This document shows positions 9,081-19,103 of a stretch of DNA of 64,000 nucleotides, piece after piece. Both the position numbers and the translations under genes were made by a program. Origin of the DNA: an uncultured Solirubrobacterales bacterium (GTDB taxonomy: Bacteria > Actinomycetota > Thermoleophilia > Solirubrobacterales > 70-9). Position 1 is the first letter of the stretch. Every line of letters begins with the position of its first letter. The notes under the pieces were generated by a model that searched no databases, was not told the origin of the DNA, and worked only from the letters and a program-made list of their open reading frames with translations. The DNA is taken from assembly GCA_963836415.1 (NCBI GenBank), contig CAWIJE010000004.1, forward strand, positions 227,545 through 291,544, in the 5' to 3' direction.

Positions 9081-9938
9081 ATGCACCGCACCGTCTCGGT
9101 CCTCAAGCAGACCCTCGCCCAATTCAAAGAAGACAACCTCTCGGACTGGGCGGCGGCCCTCACCTACTACGGCCTGCTGGCGCTGTTCCCGGCGCTGATC
9201 GCGCTGGTCTCGGTCATCGGCCTGGTCGGCGACGCCCAGACGACGACCCGCGAGGTGACCGAAGTGATCACCGAACTCGGCCCCAGCTCGGCGGCGGAAA
9301 CCTTCAAGGGTCCGGTCGAATCGATCGCCTCCAGCAGGGGCACGGCCGGCGTCGCCTTCGTCGTAGGCCTGCTCATCGCCCTCTGGTCGGCGTCGGGGTA
9401 CGTCGGCGCCTTCATCCGCGCCTCCAACGTCATCTACGGGGCCGAGGAGGAACGGCCCTTCTGGAAACTGCGGCCGCTGCAGATCGCGATCACCCTGGCG
9501 ATGGTCCTGCTGGCCGCGATGCTCGCCCTCGGCCTCGTCCTCACCGGGCCGATCGTCAACGCGATCGCCGGCCCGCTGGGGATCGGCTCGACCGCGGTCA
9601 CCCTCTGGGAGATCGTCAAGTGGCCGGTGATGGCGCTGATCTTCGTCCTCATGGTCAGCGTTCTCTATTACCTCTCGCCCGACGCCGAGCTGCGCGGCTT
9701 CCGCTGGGTGACGCCGGGCAGCCTGGTCGCGATCGTCGTCTGGGCGGTCGCCTCCGCCGCCTTCGCCTTCTACGTCGCCAACTTCGGCTCCTACGACAAG
9801 ACCTACGGCACCCTCGCCGGCCTGATCGCCCTGCTCGTCTGGCTCTGGATCACCAACCTGGCGATCCTCTTCGGCAACTCGCTCAACGCCCAGCTCGAAC
9901 GCGAGACAGGAGAGGCGCCTCCCTCGGCCGAGGCCTGA
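9081..9938 (+). CDS. YihY/BrkB family inner membrane protein
   Basis: DWAAALTYYGLLALFPALIALVSVIGL and the overall 6-TM architecture are typical of YihY/virulence factor BrkB. Confidence 0.8.
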   Translation: MHRTVSVLKQTLAQFKEDNLSDWAAALTYYGLLALFPALIALVSVIGLVGDAQTTTREVTEVITELGPSSAAETFKGPVESIASSRGTAGVAFVVGLLIALWSASGYVGAFIRASNVIYGAEEERPFWKLRPLQIAITLAMVLLAAMLALGLVLTGPIVNAIAGPLGIGSTAVTLWEIVKWPVMALIFVLMVSVLYYLSPDAELRGFRWVTPGSLVAIVVWAVASAAFAFYVANFGSYDKTYGTLAGLIALLVWLWITNLAILFGNSLNAQLERETGEAPPSAEA

Positions 9939-9947
9939 GGGCGGCGC

Positions 9948-11531
9948 TCACCAGGCGTCGACGAATCGCGGCCGCGGCTCGGGCACCGTGCCGGCCGCGG
10001 CGCGCAGGGTCGAGGCGATCAGCGGGCGGGTCTCGGCCGGGTCGATCACGTCGTCGAGCTCGAACAGCGCCGCCGCGTTCAGTGCCTTCGCGTTGTCTTC
10101 GGCCTGGGCGGTCAGCTCGCGCACCCGCTGCTCGCGCTCGTCCTCGTCGGCGATCGCCTCGAGCTCCTTGCGCAGGGCAAGGCGGACCGCCCCCTCGAGC
10201 CCCATCGGCCCGAGATGGGCGCTCGGCCAGGCGAGGCTGAGCAGCGGCTCGTGCAGGCCGCCGCCGACCATCGCCTGGGCGCCGAGCCCGTATCCGCGGC
10301 GGAGGACGACGGCGATCAGAGGCACCCGCAGGGCGGCGCCGGCGAGCAGCAGCCGCGAGCCGTGGCGGACGAGCCCGGTCGCCTCTGCCGCCGGGCCGAC
10401 CATCATCCCCGGCGTGTCGACCAGCGAGACGACGGGCAGGCCGAAGGCGTCGCAGAGCTGCAGGAAGCGGGCCGCCTTGTCGCCGGCGTCGCTGGTGATC
10501 GCGCCGGCCGTGTGGCGGGTGTCGTTGGCGATTAGGCCGACCGGCCGGCCCTCGATCCGGCAGAGCGCGGTGACCATCTCGGGGGCGAAGCGCTCGCGCA
10601 GGAAGGTGACCGACCCCTCGTCGGCGAGGGTCTCGACGATCGGCCGCACGTCGTAGGCGCGCCGCTGCCGCTCCGGCACCATCTCTCGCAGCGCCGCCTG
10701 GTCGGGGGCCGTGCCGGGCGCGGTGGCGCCCTGGAAGTAGCCGAGCAGCTTCCGCGTCGCCGCCGTCGCCTCGGCCTCGTCGGCGACGACCAGGTCGATG
10801 ACGCCGTTGGCGGACTGGACATCGACCGGGCCGACGTCGTCGGGGTCGACCTCGCCGAGGCCGCCGCCGGCGATCATCGCCGGCCCACCCATGCCGAGCG
10901 AGGCGTTCTCGGTGGCGACGATCAGGTCCGCGCAGCCGGCGATCACGGCGTTGCCGGCGAAACAACGGCCGGCGACGACGGCGATCCTCGGCACCAGTCC
11001 CGAGAGCTTCGCCCAGAGAGCGAAGGCGCGCACGTCGAGTGCCGAGACCACCGGGTAGTCGGTGTCGCCGGGCCGCCCTCCCCCGCCCTCGGCGTAGAAG
11101 ACGGTCGGCAGCCGCATCCGCTCGATCAGCTCGAAGAGCCGGTCCTTCTTCTTGTGGCCGAGAGCGCCCTGGGTGCCTGCCAGGACCGTGTAGTCGTAGG
11201 AGATCACCGCGCAGGCCGCCGCCTCGGCGCCGAAGAGATCGCCGTTGACGGTCGCCGTGCCGCCGATCATGCCGTCGGCCGGGGTCCGGGCGATCAGGTC
11301 CTCGAGCTCGCGCCGGCCGCGCTGGGCGGCGATCGCGAAGCGCCCGTACTCGACGAAGGTCCCGGCGTCGATCAGGTCCTCGATGTTCTCGCGGGCGGTC
11401 CGGCCGCCCGCGGCGTGGCGGCGCTCGGCCGCATCGGGCCGTGCCGCGTCCTCGGTCAGCGCCCGCCGCGCGAGCAGCTCGGCGAGGTCCTCGCGGCCCC
11501 CCTCCCCGCTTTTCGGCTCCCCGTCTGCCAC
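9948..11531 (-). CDS. acyl-CoA carboxylase carboxyltransferase (beta) subunit
   Basis: ENIEDLIDAGTFVEYG...TVFYAEGGGGRPGD...VSLVDTPGMMVGPAAE is the carboxyltransferase two-domain signature. The probable GTG start is at 11531; the listed ORF extends to 11636 through a low-complexity leader. Confidence 0.85.
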   Translation of the reverse strand: MADGEPKSGEGGREDLAELLARRALTEDAARPDAAERRHAAGGRTARENIEDLIDAGTFVEYGRFAIAAQRGRRELEDLIARTPADGMIGGTATVNGDLFGAEAAACAVISYDYTVLAGTQGALGHKKKDRLFELIERMRLPTVFYAEGGGGRPGDTDYPVVSALDVRAFALWAKLSGLVPRIAVVAGRCFAGNAVIAGCADLIVATENASLGMGGPAMIAGGGLGEVDPDDVGPVDVQSANGVIDLVVADEAEATAATRKLLGYFQGATAPGTAPDQAALREMVPERQRRAYDVRPIVETLADEGSVTFLRERFAPEMVTALCRIEGRPVGLIANDTRHTAGAITSDAGDKAARFLQLCDAFGLPVVSLVDTPGMMVGPAAEATGLVRHGSRLLLAGAALRVPLIAVVLRRGYGLGAQAMVGGGLHEPLLSLAWPSAHLGPMGLEGAVRLALRKELEAIADEDEREQRVRELTAQAEDNAKALNAAALFELDDVIDPAETRPLIASTLRAAAGTVPEPRPRFVDAW

Positions 11532-11601
11532 CGGGCGGGATGTTCCCAGATGGCCGCGGCCAGGAACGCCCCTCGTCGCGGGCAGGCTAGGCTGCGGGCC
11601 G

Positions 11602-12519
11602 GTGAACGTCCTGATCGCGGCGGACATGGAGGGCATCGCGGGGATCGACGATTACGGCGACTGCCTCCCCTCCCACCCGGGCGCCTACGCGCGGGGCCGG
11701 CGACTGATGACCGATGAGGTGCTGACCGCGATCGACGCCCTCGAGGCGGCGGGTGTCGAGCGGATCGTGGTCGGCGACTGGCACATGGTCGGCACCAACG
11801 TCGAACGCGACCGCATGCCGGCCGGGGTCGAGGTGCGGCCGATCGCCGACCTTGCCCTGGTCGAGTCCGAACCGTCCTTCACCAAGGCGGCCGGCGGGCC
11901 GCTCGACGCGGTCGTGATGATCGGCCACCACGCCCGCACCAAGAGCCCGCGCGGTTTCTCCTCGCACAGCTTCATCTGGGAGATGGAGGTGGCGCTCGAC
12001 GGCGAGCCGCTGAGCGAGGTCCAGGTCTACGCCCAGGGGCTCGCGGCGGAGGGGATCCCGGTCCTCGCCTGCGCCGGCGACAGCCACCTGCTCGACGAGC
12101 TCGGCGCCGATGAGCTGGGCGGCGCCCGGCTGGTGCCGACCAAGGAGGGGCTGGGCAGGGCCCGGGCCCGTTCCTACGGCCTCGCCGCGACCCGGGCCGC
12201 GATCGGCGAGGCGATCGGCGCGGCGCTCTCCGCCGAGCTGCGCCCGCCGCCGCCGCGCTCCTATCCCGCCGAGCTGCTGATCAGGCTCGAGGGCGAGGAG
12301 ATCGCCCGGGTCTCGATCGCCGAGCCCGGTGAGCTACTCAGCGCCGTCGCCGACGTCTTCCGCACCAGCGCCGCGGCGCGCGAGTACCGCCAGCTCGCCG
12401 CCCTCCTCCCCGCCGGACACGACTCGCTCCCGCGCGCCCTGCGGCGACGCTTCGGCAGCCTGCTGGCGACGCCGACGATGCGCTCCAAGGAGCGCGCCTG
12501 GATCGCCGCCGCGCCCTAG
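11602..12519 (+). CDS. M55 family D-aminopeptidase (DppA-like)
   Basis: VNVLIAADMEGIAGIDDYGD...VMIGHHARTKSPRGFSSHSF...LACAGDSHLLDE matches DppA. The GTG at 11602 is the likely start; the upstream 119 codons of the listed ORF are R/S-rich antisense of the carboxyltransferase gene. Confidence 0.75.
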   Translation: MNVLIAADMEGIAGIDDYGDCLPSHPGAYARGRRLMTDEVLTAIDALEAAGVERIVVGDWHMVGTNVERDRMPAGVEVRPIADLALVESEPSFTKAAGGPLDAVVMIGHHARTKSPRGFSSHSFIWEMEVALDGEPLSEVQVYAQGLAAEGIPVLACAGDSHLLDELGADELGGARLVPTKEGLGRARARSYGLAATRAAIGEAIGAALSAELRPPPPRSYPAELLIRLEGEEIARVSIAEPGELLSAVADVFRTSAAAREYRQLAALLPAGHDSLPRALRRRFGSLLATPTMRSKERAWIAAAP

Positions 12520-12526
12520 GCCCGAG

Positions 12527-12973
12527 TCAGTTCGCGCAGCGCGAGCAACGACCGCGGAGGACCACGTCGTGCTCGGAGATCTCGAAGGGGAGGTCGCCCT
12601 CGATCTTGTGGATCGCGCGCTCCAGGTCGCGATCCTCGAAGGCGACCATCCGCCCGCAGTCCCGGCAGATCGCGTGGTGGTGATGGTCCCCGCCGGGGTC
12701 GACGCGCTCGTAGCTCGCCGTCCCCCTGGAAGCCTCGAAGCGCTGCACCAGGCCGAGCTCCTCGAGCTGGTCGAGCGCCCGGTAGACGCTCGCCCTGCCG
12801 ACCGCGGCCCGCCGCCGGCGCAGCTCCTCGTCGATCTCGATCGCGGTCACCGCGCAGTCGTGGCGGGCGAGGGTCTCGACCACGGCGGTGCGGGCTCCGC
12901 CCCGTCGCAGGCCGGCGTCCTGGAGAGTTGCCAGGGCGTGCTCCGCCCAGCTCTTCTCAGCCGTTCTGGACAT
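12527..12973 (-). CDS. zur: Fur-family metalloregulator, probably Zur
   Basis: The Fur fold is indicated by RTAVVETLARHDC...HHHHAICRDCGRMVAFEDRDLE with a C-terminal CxxC. It sits immediately downstream of a Zn-type ABC importer in the same orientation. Confidence 0.75.
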   Translation of the reverse strand: MSRTAEKSWAEHALATLQDAGLRRGGARTAVVETLARHDCAVTAIEIDEELRRRRAAVGRASVYRALDQLEELGLVQRFEASRGTASYERVDPGGDHHHHAICRDCGRMVAFEDRDLERAIHKIEGDLPFEISEHDVVLRGRCSRCAN

Positions 12974-13763
12974 CGTTCGATCGTAGTTGGGCGAGCAGGT
13001 AGGCGGCGACGATCGCGATCGCGACCGAGGCGCCGCCGGCGGTTCCCGCGTAGTAGGAGAGGTAGAGGCCGGCGATGCCGGCGAGGATCGCGATCGCGAC
13101 CGAGAGCGCCAGCATCGGACCGATCCGGTCGGTGAGCTGGCGGGCGGCGGCGGCAGGGCCGACGAAGACGGCGACGACGAGCAGGTTGCCGAGGCCCTGG
13201 ACGGCGATCACGATCGCGATCGCGAGCAGGATGAAGAGCGCCGTTTCGGTGGCGGCGGGCGCGGCGCCGACACCGCGCGCGGCGGAGCGGTCGAAGCCGG
13301 TGGCGAGCAGGCGGCCGTGGAGGACGAACAAGGTCAGACCAGTCAGTGCGGCCAGCGCGGCGGCCGCCAGCAGGTCGCCGTCGGTGGCGCCGAGGACGTC
13401 GCCGAAGAGCAGCTCCTGCAGGCCGGGCGGCGAGTCGGCGGAGAGCGCCAGCAGCGCGCCGAGGCCGAAAAGAGTGGTGACGACGACGCCGACCGCGACC
13501 TCGCGGCTGATCCCCGGGACGCGGGCGACCAGCGCGATCGCCAGCGCCGCGACGAGCACCGCGGGGGCGCCGCCGAGGAGCAGCGGGACGCCTGCCAGCG
13601 CGGCCAGGACCAGCCCCGGGAAGATCGAGTGGGCGAGCGACTCGGCCGCGTAGGAGAGTCGGTAGAGGACGACCCAGCAGCCGATCGCGCCGCCGGCGAG
13701 GCCGACCAGGGCGACCTCGGCGATCGCCCGGCGCATGAACTCTTCGTGCAGTGGCTCGAGCAT
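12957..13763 (-). CDS. metal ABC transporter permease (ZnuB/TroD-like)
   Basis: MLEPLHEEFMRRAIAEVALVGLAGGAIGCWVVLYRLSY is a typical ABC-3 permease N-terminus. The start is the M at 13763, one nt after the ATPase stop. Confidence 0.85.
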   Translation of the reverse strand: MLEPLHEEFMRRAIAEVALVGLAGGAIGCWVVLYRLSYAAESLAHSIFPGLVLAALAGVPLLLGGAPAVLVAALAIALVARVPGISREVAVGVVVTTLFGLGALLALSADSPPGLQELLFGDVLGATDGDLLAAAALAALTGLTLFVLHGRLLATGFDRSAARGVGAAPAATETALFILLAIAIVIAVQGLGNLLVVAVFVGPAAAARQLTDRIGPMLALSVAIAILAGIAGLYLSYYAGTAGGASVAIAIVAAYLLAQLRSNDVQNG

Positions 13764-13764
13764 C

Positions 13765-14508
13765 TCAGTGGCTGTGGTGGGGTGGCAGGATCGCCTTGCC
13801 GGAGCCGGGGATCTCGACGATCTCGCCGCCGTAGGTGGCCTCGAGCACCGGCAGGTCGAGGACCTCATCCGGCGGCCCGACCGCGATCTGGCGTCGGTTG
13901 ACGCAGAGGACGCTGTCCCAGCGACGGGCCTGCTCGAGGTCGTGGGTGGCGATGATCAGCGCCCGGCCCTCCCCGGCCAGACGGCCGAGCAGCGACTCGA
14001 GCCGCTCAGAGCTCGGCCGGTCGAGCCCGGTGAAGGGCTCGTCGAGCAGCAGGACCCCCGCTTCCTGGACGAGGCAGCGGGCGATCAGCACGCGCTGGCG
14101 CTGGCCGCCAGAGAGACGGCCGAAGGTCTCCTCGGCGAGGTCGGCGAGGTCGACCTGGGCGAGCGCCTCGAGCGCCGCCCCCCGCTCGCGGCGGCCGGGC
14201 CGGCGCCACCACGGCAGCCGCGAGAGCGAACCCATCGCGGCGACGTCGAGGGCCGAGACCGGGTAGTCGAGCTGCGAGCGCTCGGTCTGCGGCACGGTCG
14301 CGCAGCGGGCGTCGACGACCAGCTCGCCGGCCAGCGCCGGCAGTTCGCCGAGCAGCGCCCGCAGCAGGGTCGTCTTGCCGCCGCCGTTGGGGCCGAGCAG
14401 GGCCATCGCCTCGCCCTCGTGGAGCTCGAACTCGAGCCCGGTGACCACGGTCTTGCCGCCGTAGCCGGCGCCCAGCCCGCGGGCCTCGATCAGAACCCGA
14501 GGCGGCAT
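13765..14508 (-). CDS. metal ABC transporter ATP-binding protein (ZnuC/TroB-like)
   Basis: Walker A GPNGGGKTT, ABC signature LSGGQRQR and Walker B LLLDEP. Confidence 0.85.
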   Translation of the reverse strand: MPPRVLIEARGLGAGYGGKTVVTGLEFELHEGEAMALLGPNGGGKTTLLRALLGELPALAGELVVDARCATVPQTERSQLDYPVSALDVAAMGSLSRLPWWRRPGRRERGAALEALAQVDLADLAEETFGRLSGGQRQRVLIARCLVQEAGVLLLDEPFTGLDRPSSERLESLLGRLAGEGRALIIATHDLEQARRWDSVLCVNRRQIAVGPPDEVLDLPVLEATYGGEIVEIPGSGKAILPPHHSH

Positions 14509-16232
14509 CGCCGGCGCCCTTCCGTGAAGCCGCGCACCATCGCATCGGCGTTGGCCTGCTCCATCTTCAGGTAGGTGGCGCCGGCCGAGCCGGCCGGGCC
14601 GAGGGTGTCGCCGTAGAGGGTGTAATCGGAGCTCGCCCCGGTCTGGGCGGCGATCGCGTCAGCCACCTTGGCGCTCAGCGAGCTCTCCGGGAAGACCGCC
14701 TTGACGCCGGCGGCTTCGATCGTCTTCGCCAGTTCGCTGAGGTCCTTGGCGGAGGGCTGCGCCTGGGTCGTCTGCGAGGGGATGACGGCGCCGATCACGT
14801 CGATCCCGTAGCGGGCGGCGAAGTAGCCGAAGGCGTCGTGGTCGGTGACCAGCTTGCGCCGGGCCCGGGGCACGGAGCCGACACAGCGGGCGATGCCGCG
14901 GTCGAGCGCCCGCAGTTCGGTCAGGTAGGCGGCCGCGTTGCGTTCGAAGAGGCGCCGTCGCGAGGGGTCGGCGGCGGCCAGTGCCCGCTCGATCGCCCGC
15001 ACCGCCGCCTCCGCGTTGCGCGGGTCATGCCACCAGTGAGGGTCGTACCTCGATGCCTCGGCGCCGCTGCTCTCGCCGGGCAGCCGGTCGGGGACGATCG
15101 CGCCGAGGTCGACGACGCGGGCATCGCTGCCGCTGTCGGAGACGACCTCGTCGACCCAGGCGTCGAGCTGGTCGCCGTTGGCGAAGACGAGCTTCGCGTC
15201 GGCGGCGCCGAGCACGTCCTGCGGCCGCGGTTCGTACTCGTGCGGGTCGGTGTTCGGCTGCAGGATCTGGTCGACCTCGACCGCGTTGCCGCCGACCTCG
15301 CGGACCAGGTCACCGAGCTGGGTGGTGGTCGCGACGACGTCGAGCCGGTCGCCGGAGTCGCCGCTGCCGCCGCAGCCGGTGGCAAGCAGGGCGATCGCGG
15401 CAAGCGCCGCGGCCGCCGAGACCAGGCGCGGCCGCCCGGCGAGCTCGCGGCCGGCGGCGACGAGAACGAAGACGGCGCCGGCGACGCAGGCGATCGTCGC
15501 CCCGGGAGGGGCGTTGGTCTCGACCGAGAGCCAGAGCCCGGCGACTCCCTCGAGCGCGACCAGGGCGATGCTGAGCAGCTGCCACGAGCGCAGCCGTTCG
15601 GTCAGCAGGCGGGCGGTCACCGCGGGCACGAGGAAGAGCGCGGTGACGAGCAGGGCGCCGACGACGCTGAGCGCGGCGACGCCGGCCAGGGCGACGAGGG
15701 CGAGAAGGATCGCGTCGAAGGTGCCGGCGCCCGGCCGCCTCGGGCCGGGCAGCGCCGGGTCGAAGCCGGTCCGCAGCCAGTGCTGGCCGATCAGGGCGCT
15801 GGCCAGCAGCGTGGCGGCGGCGGCCCCGGCGGCGAGCCAGAGGTCTCCGGAATCGATCAGGAGGAGGCTGCCGAAGAGCAGCGTCTCGATGTTCGAGCCG
15901 GAGCCGAAGACGTCGCTGGCGAGGATCACCCCGGCGGCGAGGCAGCCGACGAGAACCAGGGCCACCGCCGCGTCCTGCCCCGCCCGGCGCCCCCGCAGGG
16001 CCCAGGCGCCGCCGGCAAAGACGAGCGCCGCGCCGAAGGCGCCGAGCGGCGCGGCGAAGCCGAGGCCGTCGGCGAGCACCAGGCCGGGGAAGGAGGCGGT
16101 GCCGACCGCGTGCGAGAAGAAGGCGAGCCGGCGCAGGACGATCCAGGTCCCGAGCAGCCCGGCCGGGATCGAGAGGATCGCGATCTCGATCAGGCCGCGC
16201 TGGAAGAACGGGAGCTGGAAGGGCTCGAACAA
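14490..16232 (-). CDS. ABC-3 metal permease (TroC-like) fused in frame to a ZnuA/TroA-type metal-binding lipoprotein
   Basis: Residues 1-270 form a permease with about 8 TM helices. Residues 271-580 begin with a lipobox, LLATGCGGSG, followed by a TroA-like SBP (DPHEYEP...HWWHDP). There is no stop between the two halves. Confidence 0.7.
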   Translation of the reverse strand: MFEPFQLPFFQRGLIEIAILSIPAGLLGTWIVLRRLAFFSHAVGTASFPGLVLADGLGFAAPLGAFGAALVFAGGAWALRGRRAGQDAAVALVLVGCLAAGVILASDVFGSGSNIETLLFGSLLLIDSGDLWLAAGAAAATLLASALIGQHWLRTGFDPALPGPRRPGAGTFDAILLALVALAGVAALSVVGALLVTALFLVPAVTARLLTERLRSWQLLSIALVALEGVAGLWLSVETNAPPGATIACVAGAVFVLVAAGRELAGRPRLVSAAAALAAIALLATGCGGSGDSGDRLDVVATTTQLGDLVREVGGNAVEVDQILQPNTDPHEYEPRPQDVLGAADAKLVFANGDQLDAWVDEVVSDSGSDARVVDLGAIVPDRLPGESSGAEASRYDPHWWHDPRNAEAAVRAIERALAAADPSRRRLFERNAAAYLTELRALDRGIARCVGSVPRARRKLVTDHDAFGYFAARYGIDVIGAVIPSQTTQAQPSAKDLSELAKTIEAAGVKAVFPESSLSAKVADAIAAQTGASSDYTLYGDTLGPAGSAGATYLKMEQANADAMVRGFTEGRRRCRLGF

Positions 16233-16321
16233 AGTCCGCGGAGCTTAATGAGAATGACTCTTGTTTGCATCTTCACCCATGGCATGCGGCCCCGCCACGA
16301 GAACGCCGGTGGGCGTGGTGG

Positions 16322-19103
16322 CTAGCGTTTAGGGGGGGATGGCGGCACGAGCGTCGCGATGATCGTGCCGCTGCCGCCTTCCCCGCCTGGGACGCCGGCC
16401 TGAATAGAGACGTCGGCCTTGATCTTGTGCAGCGCCTTGAGTTTGGCCAGGCCCTTGGTCGAGAGCCTGCCGCTGACCGGGACTGCCTTGCCCGGCAGCA
16501 CCGTGACCGTCGTCGACCCGAGTCCGAGCTTCGCCTTCCTTTTCCTCTTCGGGACCAGGGCGCTCACGGCGACCGCGGCCGTGCATGGAGAGCGGCTCTC
16601 CGCCGGACATCCGATCGTCGAGGATTTGATCGTGAAGGTTCCGTTCCTCGCCACCTTCACCCTGCCGCCACGACCAAGCGCAAGGGATGCCCGCAGCCGG
16701 GCCGCCGGAAGCTGCAGATTCTGCACGGGTGTCGGCGCCGGGCAGTCGAGCCTGATGTCGAGGTTGGTCACCGGCGGCGGAATCGTCTGCACCTCGGTTT
16801 CAGTGAAGGCCTGCCCCGAGTTGCCCGGTGCGTGACAGCCATCCTTGGCGGCCTTCACCTTGTAGAAACCGGCGACCACGTCCCAGCCAAAGTGGCCGTC
16901 GGCTTCGCTGAGGTCGGGGTTCCTGCGGTTCATCGGCGACATCACGGCCGAGCCATCGGCGACCTGGGAAAACGGGCCGTTGAAGCTGTCTGACTGGAGC
17001 AGTGTCACCGTCGCTCCCGCAAGCGGAGCGCCGTCGACCGTGTGGACGAGCCCGCTCGGGTCGATGTAGATCGGGAAGGTGATTTCTTCGGGGCCGCCGC
17101 CCGGACCGCCGGGGCCTTCTTCTTCTTCTTCGTTTTCTTCTTCTTCTTCTTCGCGTTCTTCTTCTTCTTCTTCTTCTTCTTCGTCTTCTTCTTCGTTCTT
17201 CTTCTTCGTCTTCTTCTTCTTCTTCTTCTTCTTCTTCTTCGTCTTCTTCTTCTTCTTCTTCCGCTTCTTCTTCTTCCTGTTCTTTCTCTTCTTTTTCTTC
17301 TTCTTCTTTGCTCGCCGGGTGGCGGTCGATGATCGTCACCCGGGCGGCGCCGTGGTTCGGGAACAGCGGGTCGATGTGAAATTTGAAGATCCCGTTTTCA
17401 GGGTCATCGGGGCTCGGTTCGACCGGCTGGTCGGGCGCCACACGGAGGTCCAGGCCATCGGTGAATTCGACCTTCGCTTCGACTTCGTGATCGATCCCGG
17501 TTTCGTATTCGAGGACGAACGGTTCCTGCCAGTGCACCACCGGCACGCCTTCGGCCGACCTGCCACGCACCCCGGACCCGCTGAAGCCGACGCTCGGTGG
17601 TGGCAGCTCGGGAAGGGGGAGGACCACGTCCTGCCCGGTCTTCTCGACTTCGGGCCGGACCCGGGCGATCGTGGTCCGCGTGTGCGAGAGGGCTTTCGAT
17701 GAGGCGGGCGGGAAAGCGGTCACGCGGTATTTGCCAGAGATCGGGACCTGGAGTTTGTAGAAGCCGTTGGAGTCCGTGGTCGTCGATCGACACGGGGTGC
17801 CGCTGCGCTTGCAGACCTGGACCGACGCACCCGCGAGGGCATGGGCGGGCGCCGCCTCGTCCTCGTAGACGTGGCCGCTGATCGCGCCGGCGACGCTGCT
17901 CTCGGCCGAGTCCGTTTCACCTCCGGGGGCGGTGGCGGTGACGGTCACCTTCAGCGACTTGCCGGCATCGGCGGCGCTCGCCGTGTAGCTGGTCCCGGTG
18001 GCGCCGGCGATCGACTGACAGGCACCCTCGGGGCCACAGCGCGACCACTGGTAGGTGAACCCGCCGCTGCTCACTTCCCAGGCGCCGGGACTGGCCGTGA
18101 ACACCTCGCCGGCGCGCGGGCTTCCGGCGCCGGCCGAGAGGGTCGGTGGGGTGACGTTGATCGGTACCAGGGCCGGCGTACAACCGTCGGGGAGCCGAGT
18201 CGGGCTGCGCTCGCCGACGGGCCAGGTGGTCGCGTCGTAGAAGCAGAGGTACTCGACCTCGGAGAGGGGTGTCGTCCAACCGTTCGGCAGCGGCCGGTCG
18301 AGGCTGATTCCCGAGTTGTTCGAGCCCGACGAGCCGTCATAGTCGACGGTGATGCTGGCCGGGCCGACGTTGGCCGGGTCACGCCAGATCAGCAGGCCGG
18401 CGTTCGTGCTCGAGGCGTTGATCGCGAGCCACGATTCGTCCCAGTCTTTGCTGATGCAGACGTTGCAGATCCCTTCCGCCGGCGCCAGTTTCGTGCCGGT
18501 GGCGTCGGGGTGGATCTCCTGGTTGTAGGTGCCGTAGGAGAGGCGCGGCACGTAGGAGCGCATGCCCTGCACGATGTATGGCTCCTGGGTCGGCGCGAAC
18601 GACCAGCGGCGGACGATCCGAGCCGTGTTGGCGGAGGCGCCTTCGTCGAAGAAGGTGTAGCGGGTGCTGACCGGGATCGGGGGGTCGTCGCCCGAGCACG
18701 AAGGGGCCACCGACGTGATCTCCAGGGTGCGGGTGCTGCGCGCCTCCCATGACCCCCTGCTGCAGGCCACCACCGGGCCGGGCCCCTGCCCGTCGGCATT
18801 GCCGTAGGACTGCCCCCAGAACTCGGTCGCATTGACGCAGGTGCCGTTGTTCGCCGCCAGGTTGGGCCTGCTCGAGAACTCTTCGCTCGCCAGGACCCTC
18901 CATTTGACCGATTCGACGCACTCGACATCAGCGCTCGAATCACCGAAGTTCCATTCCAGCTTCGGGGTCGCCACCGTGTCACCGCCCTCGGTGATCGTGA
19001 TCGCCGCCGACGCCGAAGCGGCGCCGAGAGCGAGGACGGCGGCCACCGTAAGAGGCAGCAACAACCATGGACGATTTCTCGAACGTACTCCCCAATAAGC
19101 CAT
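16322..19103 (-). pseudogene. large secreted surface protein with YQW/PKD-like and carboxypeptidase-regulatory-like domains plus a poly-Glu linker; reading frame broken inside the GAA tract
   Basis: ATG at 19103 with signal peptide MAYWGVRSRNRPWLLLPLTVAAVLALGAASASA. The domains include ...FTYQWSRCGPEGAC... and DSNGFYKLQVPISGKYRV. A run of about 45 Glu follows, then the listed 844-aa ORF turns into poly-Arg junk. A plausible C-terminal domain continues in another frame as ORF 16322..17008. A single C interrupting the GAA repeat near 17194 accounts for the shift. Confidence 0.6.
17115..17312. repeat. (TTC)n/(GAA)n trinucleotide tract of about 65 units with sparse G/C interruptions
   Basis: The repeat is directly visible as ttcttcttc...gtc...cgc. 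It encodes poly-Glu on the minus strand. The poly-Phe and poly-Ser plus-strand ORFs 17042..17332 and 17079..17702 are artefacts of it. Confidence 0.9.

Noticed and set aside
9948-11636. Taking the first ATG (11636) as the carboxyltransferase start
   Set aside because: The first 35 codons are low-complexity and would overlap the GTG start (11602) of the convergent-looking D-aminopeptidase reading. The GTG at 11531 gives an N-terminus matching family alignments.
17115-17312. Regular short repeats that could be mistaken for a CRISPR array
   Set aside because: The unit is 3 nt with no spacers. It is a trinucleotide microsatellite inside a CDS.
17042-17702. Poly-Phe and poly-Ser ORFs on the plus strand
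   Set aside because: These are artefacts of reading the (TTC)n tract as sense. The real coding strand is minus, giving poly-Glu.
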